A stretch of DNA of 64,000 nucleotides. Source: Nitrospirota bacterium (GTDB lineage: Bacteria > UBA2233). The notes below the pieces were generated by a model, which was not told the DNA's origin, did no database searches, and worked only from the letters and a program-made list of their open reading frames with translations. Below, one piece after another: positions 58,211-64,000 of this stretch. Position 1 is the first letter of the stretch. Each line of letters starts with the position of its first letter. Location of the stretch: positions 151,976 to 215,975 of the forward strand of contig WOZJ01000050.1 of assembly GCA_011620345.1 (NCBI GenBank), given 5' to 3'. Both the position numbers and the translations under genes were made by a program.

Positions 58211-59809
58211 TTAGATATAAGAAACTTCTCGGTATTTGCCGTAGACCTCCTGAAGGGCCTTTGCGACCTCTCCTAGAGTTGCAAGGCTCTCAACGGCCGA
58301 AACGAGGGCTGGAATAAGGTTCTCGCCCTGTTCAGCCGCTTGCTTGAGCGCGTCCAAGCCCTTTTGAGCGGTAGCGTTGGATCGCCTGGCCCTTAACTCT
58401 CGTACCTTTCGGATTTGCTCCTCTTGTTGCTTCCTGCCGACACGAAGAAGCGGGATTGATTCGTCCTCATCGGAGGCAAACGCGTTGACCCCGACAATCG
58501 TCCGCTTCCCTTGATTAAGCTCCTTTTGATAGAGGCACGCAGCCTCTTGGATCTCTTTTTGTGGAAAACCCGCCTCGATCGCCGGAACCATTCCGCCATA
58601 CTCATCAATTCGGCGGATATAATCCATTGCCCTTCCTTCGATTTCGTCCGTAAGGCTCTCGATGAAATAACTTCCTCCAAGAGGATCGCCTGTTGAAGGT
58701 ACACCCGTCTCGTAGGCCAAAACTTGCTGTGTCCTTAATGCCAGGGTTGCAGCAAATTCCGTGGGCAACGCGTACGTCTCGTCCAGCGAATTCGTATGGA
58801 GAGACTGGGTTCCCCCCAAAACAGCCGCGAGAGCCTCGATTGCCGTCCGCACGATGTTGTTGTGCGGCTGTTGGGCCGTAAGCGAGCATCCTGCCGTCTG
58901 CGTGTGGAAGCGCATCCAAAGGCTTCTTTCGTCCTGCACGCCGTAACGCTCCTTCATTTCGCGCGCCCAAATTCTCCTTGCCGCCCTATATTTGGCGATC
59001 TCTTCAAAAAAATCAATATGAGCGTTAAAAAAGAACGAGTAGCGCCTTGCAAACTGGTCGACCCCCAGCCCTCTGCCTATGGCCCGCTTGACGTATTCCA
59101 GCCCGTCTGAGAGCGTAAAAGCAAGCTCCTGAACGGCCGTTGATCCCGCCTCGCGGATATGGTATCCGGAAATGGAGATTGTATTCCAAAGGGGAACGTG
59201 ATTCGTACAAAATTCAACGATGTCAATCGTCAGCTTAAGCGATGGCTCAATCGGGTAGATCCACTCCTTTTGGGCGATAAACTCCTTGAGCATGTCGTTT
59301 TGGAGTGTCCCTTTTAGGCTTGAAAGGGGGACCCCCCTACGCTTTGCAAGCGCTAGGTACATGGCAAAGACGATGGGGGCCGTGCAATTGATCGTCATGG
59401 AGGTCGAGACCTCGCCAACGGGAATTTCCGCAAAAAGCTCGTCCATGTCCTCGATAGAATCGACCGCCACGCCGCACTTCCCGACTTCTCCCAAGGAAGA
59501 CGGATGGTCGGAGTCGAAGCCCATAAGCGTAGGCATGTCAAAAGCAACGCTAAGTCCGGTTTGGCCCTGAGAAAGGAGGTATCGAAATCTTGCGTTCGTA
59601 TCGCTGGCCGTTCCAAACCCAGCAAACTGGCGCATTGTCCAGAGCCTTCCCCTGTACATATCGGCATGAATACCCCGAGTGAAAGGGAAGGTGCCTGGAT
59701 CTCCCAGCTTTGCTTGGTAGTCAAACCCTTCTATGTCTCTTTCGTTATAAAACGTCTCAAACGGAATTCCTGAAAGAGACGTCATATTCAGCGTAGGCGA
59801 TGTTCCCAT
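58211..59809 (-). CDS. large (substrate-binding TIM-barrel) subunit of a coenzyme-B12-dependent acyl-CoA mutase, with an ICM-like signature (see findings)
   Basis: 532 aa, collinear with the methylmalonyl-CoA mutase catalytic domain (FTRGIHADMYRGRLWTMRQFAGFG..., NTISISGYH, NNIVRTAIEALAAVLGGTQSLHTNS). Confidence 0.85.
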   Translation of the reverse strand: MGTSPTLNMTSLSGIPFETFYNERDIEGFDYQAKLGDPGTFPFTRGIHADMYRGRLWTMRQFAGFGTASDTNARFRYLLSQGQTGLSVAFDMPTLMGFDSDHPSSLGEVGKCGVAVDSIEDMDELFAEIPVGEVSTSMTINCTAPIVFAMYLALAKRRGVPLSSLKGTLQNDMLKEFIAQKEWIYPIEPSLKLTIDIVEFCTNHVPLWNTISISGYHIREAGSTAVQELAFTLSDGLEYVKRAIGRGLGVDQFARRYSFFFNAHIDFFEEIAKYRAARRIWAREMKERYGVQDERSLWMRFHTQTAGCSLTAQQPHNNIVRTAIEALAAVLGGTQSLHTNSLDETYALPTEFAATLALRTQQVLAYETGVPSTGDPLGGSYFIESLTDEIEGRAMDYIRRIDEYGGMVPAIEAGFPQKEIQEAACLYQKELNQGKRTIVGVNAFASDEDESIPLLRVGRKQQEEQIRKVRELRARRSNATAQKGLDALKQAAEQGENLIPALVSAVESLATLGEVAKALQEVYGKYREVSYI

Positions 59810-59821
59810 CGGGGTTCCCCT

Positions 59822-60973
59822 TTAAAGCGCAAAATCCTCTTTTTTGAGCTCGTTGGCGAGGACCAACCTTTGAATCTCCGAGCTTCCCTCGTAGATCTCG
59901 GTGATCTTGGCGTCCCTGAAAAACCGTTCAAGCTCGTAGTCTTTGATGTAACCATAGCCTCCAAGAACCTGTACTGCCTTTGTGGCCGTTTCCATGGCCG
60001 TCTCTGCGGCAAAAAGTTTGGCCATGGAAGAGTAAAGCGTAGAACGACCCCCCGAATCCTTGAGCTCTGCGGCCCTTAGGACAAGCATACGCGAGGCCTC
60101 AATTTTGGTTAGCATGTCGGCAAGCATCCATCCGATCGCCTGGAACTCAATAATTGGCTTGCCAAACTGTGTCCTGGTCCTGGCGTAGGCCGCTGCACGC
60201 TCGAACGCTCCTTTTGCGATCCCCACAGCCTGGGCGGCAATCCCGATCCTTCCGCCATCAAGGGTCGCCATCGCGATCCTAAACCCATCTCCCTCTTTGC
60301 CGAGCAAGCATTCTTTGGGGACAAAAACTTCGTCGAAATCTACAGGACAGGAATCTGCGCCGTGGATTCCGAGCTTCTTCTCTGGCTTACCTACTAGAAC
60401 GCCTGATGTCTCCATGTCTAGCAGGAACGTCGAAATTCCCCTGTGCCTAAGTGAACGATCCTTTGTGGCGAACACGATGCCAGTTTTTGCCCGGGAGGCG
60501 TTCGTGATGAACGCCTTCGCCCCGCTTATGGTGTAACCATCCGAAGCATGCCTGTAGGAGGTTTTCAAATTGGCCGCATCAGACCCCGCCTCTGGTTCTG
60601 TTAAGCAGAAACAACCAATGGCCTCTCCTTTTGCCATGGGAGGGAGAAAGCGCTTTTTTTGGGCATCGGTACCGAACTTGAGGATTGGCCAAACCGCGAG
60701 CGAACTGTGAGCAGACACAATCGTACCGACGGCGGCGGAAGCGCTCGAAATCTCTTCAATGGCAAGTGCGTACAGGTAATGACTAAGCCCTGCCCCTTCC
60801 CATTCGTTGGGAACGAACATCCCCATCAACCCGAGCTCTCCGAGCTTGCGAACAGTTTCTAGGGGGAATATGTCGTCCTCATCGATTTTCTTGGCCATAG
60901 GTGCAAGCTCATTCTTGACAAACGACCGAACCGTTTGAATGGCTAGCTGCTCTTCTTGCGTCAATTCTTTCAT
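59822..60973 (-). CDS. acyl-CoA dehydrogenase (short/branched-chain type)
   Basis: 383 aa with canonical ACAD motifs and a C-terminal catalytic Glu region (YEGSSEIQ). Confidence 0.85.
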   Translation of the reverse strand: MKELTQEEQLAIQTVRSFVKNELAPMAKKIDEDDIFPLETVRKLGELGLMGMFVPNEWEGAGLSHYLYALAIEEISSASAAVGTIVSAHSSLAVWPILKFGTDAQKKRFLPPMAKGEAIGCFCLTEPEAGSDAANLKTSYRHASDGYTISGAKAFITNASRAKTGIVFATKDRSLRHRGISTFLLDMETSGVLVGKPEKKLGIHGADSCPVDFDEVFVPKECLLGKEGDGFRIAMATLDGGRIGIAAQAVGIAKGAFERAAAYARTRTQFGKPIIEFQAIGWMLADMLTKIEASRMLVLRAAELKDSGGRSTLYSSMAKLFAAETAMETATKAVQVLGGYGYIKDYELERFFRDAKITEIYEGSSEIQRLVLANELKKEDFAL

Positions 60974-60994
60974 CTTGTTATGGTTTCCTTATTT

Positions 60995-61786
60995 TTATCG
61001 AGGGCCTAGCACGAATTGAGGCTTGCGTTTTCCGAGGAATGCGGCAATCCCCTCTTCTTTGTCCTGGTGGGCAAAGCAATTACCGAAGGCGAGCCTCTCA
61101 ACAAGCAGGGCCTCGCGGACGCCCAAGCCCCAACCTGCTTGGATGGCAGCCTTCGCTTGAGCGATCGCATGGGGGCTTTGGGAGAGCATCGGCTCTAAAA
61201 AGGCCTCGGCCTTCTTGATGGGGTCCTCCCCCTCCCCCGCCAATGCATCACAAAGCCCCATATCGAGTGCTTCCTTTGCCGCCATGCTTTTTCCGGAAAA
61301 AATCAGCATTTTTGCCTTTGCCATCCCGATGCGCCTTGCCAAGCGAACGCATCCTCCAAACCCTGGGATGATCCCTAGACGAACCTCCGGCTGGCCGAAC
61401 TGTGCCTTGGGCGATGCCACGATGAAATCGCAAGCGAGTGCCAACTCAAGCCCTCCACCGAGTGCAAACCCGTTGACACAGGCAACGGTCATGATCGGCA
61501 GCGATTCGAGCTTCAAAAAGACTTCTTGCCCATACCTGGCGAATTCTATGGCCTCCGTGGGCGTTTTCTTTGCCATCGCACGAATGTCCGCCCCGGCGAC
61601 AAACGCTTTATCGCCCGCCCCTGTTATCCTAAGGGCTTGCAGAACGCTTACGTCCAACCTCTCGAGCGCTTCATCTACCTCTTTGATTGTGGCCTCATCC
61701 AGCGCGTTGAGCTGTTCTGGCCTGTTGATCGTGAGTGTTGCAAAAGGAGTCGATTGTTCGAGTGTGATATTCACAACAATCTCCAT
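60995..61786 (-). CDS. enoyl-CoA hydratase (crotonase family)
   Basis: 263 aa crotonase fold with oxyanion-hole motifs (AGADI, GGG). Confidence 0.8.
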   Translation of the reverse strand: MEIVVNITLEQSTPFATLTINRPEQLNALDEATIKEVDEALERLDVSVLQALRITGAGDKAFVAGADIRAMAKKTPTEAIEFARYGQEVFLKLESLPIMTVACVNGFALGGGLELALACDFIVASPKAQFGQPEVRLGIIPGFGGCVRLARRIGMAKAKMLIFSGKSMAAKEALDMGLCDALAGEGEDPIKKAEAFLEPMLSQSPHAIAQAKAAIQAGWGLGVREALLVERLAFGNCFAHQDKEEGIAAFLGKRKPQFVLGPR

Positions 61787-61792
61787 TTTTTT

Positions 61793-63259
61793 CTAAAGCA
61801 GGTCCATCACCGTGTGCTTACGCGCTCTTCTGGCCACTCCTGTTTGCGCTGCCGCCTTCATCACGGCGGTGGCCACAAGCTTGGCAACACGTTTGTTAAA
61901 CACGCTCGGAATGATATAATCCTCGCTCAATTCGTTTTTTGGGATGATGTTGGCAAGTGCAAGCGCTGCGGCCTTCTTCATTTCCTCGTTGATCGAGCGG
62001 GCCCTGCAGTCCAAGGCCCCACGGAATACCCCCGGAAAGGCAAGTACGTTATTAATCTGGTTTGGATAATCCGACCTTCCCGTGGCCATAATCCGGACAT
62101 AAGGCTGGGCTACTTCTGGACGAATCTCCGGCTCAGGATTGGCCATGGCGAACACGATCGGGTCTCTGGCCATTTTTTTGAGCATTTCAACGGTCAATAC
62201 GCCAGGCCCAGAAAGCCCTACGAACACGTCTGCGCCCTCTAGCGCGTCGGCAAGCGTTCCTTTTAGGCCTTCCGGGTTCGTATGTTCTGCAAACCAATCC
62301 TTCATAAAGTTCATATTCTCCATGCGCCCTCGATATACGGTCCCCGTTTTATCGCATCCTATGATATGCCGAACGCCAGAGGCCATCAGGATCTTTGAGA
62401 CAGCGATTCCTGCAGCACCAACCCCGCTGAACACCACACGGATGTTTTCGAAATCTTTCTTTACGATCCGGAGTGCGTTGGTAAGGGCGGCGACCGTTAC
62501 AATAGCCGTACCGTGCTGGTCGTCGTGAAATACGGGAATGTCGAGCTCTTCTCGAAGCCTTTCTTCGATCGAAAAACATCTAGGAGCCGAAATATCTTCA
62601 AGGTTAATCCCGCCGAAAGAAGGCGCGATCGCCTTTACGATCTCGACTATTCTGTCCTCATCCTTTGTGTCAAGGCACACGGGAAAGGCATCTACACCGC
62701 CAAACTCCTTGAATAGTACCGCTTTTCCCTCCATGACGGGTAAGGCTGCCCTTGGCCCGATATCGCCTAGACCCAAGACGGCCGTCCCATCCGTCACCAC
62801 GGCCACCATGTTTTTCTTGCAGGTAAGGGTAAACGCCTTTTCCTCATTTTCTTTAATTGCCATGCAGACACGTGCGACACCGGGGGTGTAGGCAATCGAA
62901 AGGTCATCTCTGGTTTTGAGCGGAACCCTGCTTTTAACCTCGATCTTGCCGCCAAGGTGGGCGAGAAAAACCTTATCCGATACGTTGATCACCCTCACCC
63001 CTTCGATACCCTTTAGGGCCTTAACGATCTCTTGGACCTTCCCCACTTCTCGAAGCATGACCGTGATATCGCGGAGGATCTTTCCCTTGCCTACATCGAC
63101 GATGTCAAGCGCTCCTATGTTGCCTCCAAACTCTCCGATCGTTGAGGTGATTTTCCCTAACGTTCCCGGCCGGTTTTGCGCCTCTACCCGGAGGGTCAGC
63201 GTGTAGCCCAAGGGTTCGGTAGGTTCTACGGATGCTCTTCGATAATCAACTGCCCGCAT
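61793..63259 (-). CDS. NAD(P)-dependent malic enzyme with N-terminal ACT domain
   Basis: 488 aa. The first approx 85 aa are ACT-like, followed by the malic-enzyme core (YTPGVARV, Rossmann GAGAAG). Confidence 0.8.
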   Translation of the reverse strand: MRAVDYRRASVEPTEPLGYTLTLRVEAQNRPGTLGKITSTIGEFGGNIGALDIVDVGKGKILRDITVMLREVGKVQEIVKALKGIEGVRVINVSDKVFLAHLGGKIEVKSRVPLKTRDDLSIAYTPGVARVCMAIKENEEKAFTLTCKKNMVAVVTDGTAVLGLGDIGPRAALPVMEGKAVLFKEFGGVDAFPVCLDTKDEDRIVEIVKAIAPSFGGINLEDISAPRCFSIEERLREELDIPVFHDDQHGTAIVTVAALTNALRIVKKDFENIRVVFSGVGAAGIAVSKILMASGVRHIIGCDKTGTVYRGRMENMNFMKDWFAEHTNPEGLKGTLADALEGADVFVGLSGPGVLTVEMLKKMARDPIVFAMANPEPEIRPEVAQPYVRIMATGRSDYPNQINNVLAFPGVFRGALDCRARSINEEMKKAAALALANIIPKNELSEDYIIPSVFNKRVAKLVATAVMKAAAQTGVARRARKHTVMDLL

Positions 63260-63312
63260 GAATACCCCTTTCTAAAAAATAGAATTTCGCTTTATTATAT
63301 TATAGCGTTTGC

Positions 63313-64000
63313 CTAGAACTTTTCAAAAGGGTCAAACAGCTTCGCATATTCTTCCAAGACAAACCTATCGGTCATAGATGCGATATAATCGGCGATCTTT
63401 CGTGTATCACTCTGGCTTTTCATCTTTTGTTGCACTTCGATAGGCAAAAGCTGAGGAGAATCCTGGTAAGCAGAAAACAAGGACTCTAGGACTCTAGCCG
63501 CCTTTTTGCCCATACGAAGCACCTTGGGATGACGGTAGAGATTGTTCATCAAAAACGCATTAAGTGCCTTGTTTTTAGGGGCCATCTCTACGGATAGGCC
63601 TACCAGATAAAAGGTTTTACTGCGTGCAGCCTCTGGATTCTCGATATGTTCGGCGTTCAAGCGCTCGGCGGTATGCACAATGACATCGCTGACCAAGTTA
63701 TTGATCAGTTTCCGAACAAAAGCCTTGATCAAGATGGGCAACGCAACGTCAGGACCCATTTCCTTCTCGATCTCGCCCACACAATCCCGAGCGAGCGGAA
63801 CCTCTACCAGGCCCTGAAACCCGATAAGGCCAGAAGCCAGCCCATCGTCGATGTCATGCGAAGAATAGGCGATTTCATCCGCCATGTCTACAACCTGAGC
63901 CTCAAGCGTCGGAGCGGCATTCCCGCGGAACATTTCGGGAATTTCTACATTGCGGTTGGGCTTGTATTTCAGAATCCCTTCTCTCACTTCGTACGTGAGG
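63313..64000 (-). CDS. dGTPase-like HD-domain phosphohydrolase, C-terminal part (gene continues beyond window)
   Basis: ORF in frame to the window edge. HD-domain-like MADEIAYSSHDIDDG motif. Confidence 0.55.
   Translation of the reverse strand, partial: LTYEVREGILKYKPNRNVEIPEMFRGNAAPTLEAQVVDMADEIAYSSHDIDDGLASGLIGFQGLVEVPLARDCVGEIEKEMGPDVALPILIKAFVRKLINNLVSDVIVHTAERLNAEHIENPEAARSKTFYLVGLSVEMAPKNKALNAFLMNNLYRHPKVLRMGKKAARVLESLFSAYQDSPQLLPIEVQQKMKSQSDTRKIADYIASMTDRFVLEEYAKLFDPFEKF

Noticed and set aside
61215-62242. 193- and 238-aa + strand ORFs opposite enoyl-CoA hydratase and malic enzyme
   Set aside because: Antisense shadows. The sense-strand genes have clear family motifs.
1-64000. Search for CRISPR repeats, IS elements/transposases, integrases, toxin-antitoxin or defence-system genes
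   Set aside because: None seen. Every ORF of meaningful length is accounted for by a conserved housekeeping or metabolic gene. The only long repeat is the tuf duplication.

Overview
The window is a densely packed, almost entirely housekeeping stretch of a bacterial chromosome with roughly 55% GC. No CRISPR array, mobile element, phage gene or toxin system is visible, and I did not find a convincing novel system.

The + strand carries, in order:
- the 3-prime end of nusA, then infB, a DUF503 gene, rbfA, a DHH phosphoesterase (nrnA-like), truB, rpsO and pnp;
- prfB (with its programmed +1 frameshift), ispG, proS, pyrF and an rlmB/SpoU-type methyltransferase;
- a tRNA-Thr/Tyr/Gly/Thr cluster, tuf copy 1, rpmG, tRNA-Trp, secE, nusG, rplKAJL and rpoBC;
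- an uninterrupted str, S10, spc and alpha ribosomal superoperon (rpsL to rplQ), which contains tuf copy 2;
- a lipoprotein gene, glyQS and ppdK.

The last 12 kb is mostly on the - strand. It holds miaB, a membrane-protein gene, rpoD (on the + strand) and one long operon of a dGTPase-like gene, an ACT-malic enzyme, enoyl-CoA hydratase, acyl-CoA dehydrogenase, a split B12-dependent acyl-CoA mutase, a MeaB-like GTPase and a lipoprotein.

The points most worth a second look:
- the two tuf copies are 100% identical over 1246 bp, flanks included;
- the prfB frameshift site;
- the mutase, whose two substrate-discriminating residues look isobutyryl-CoA-mutase-like rather than methylmalonyl-CoA-mutase-like;
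- the very compact, leader-less ribosomal operon junctions and the zinc-ribbon ribosomal proteins.

Gene starts were chosen by homology and ribosome-binding-site reasoning and may be off by a few codons.
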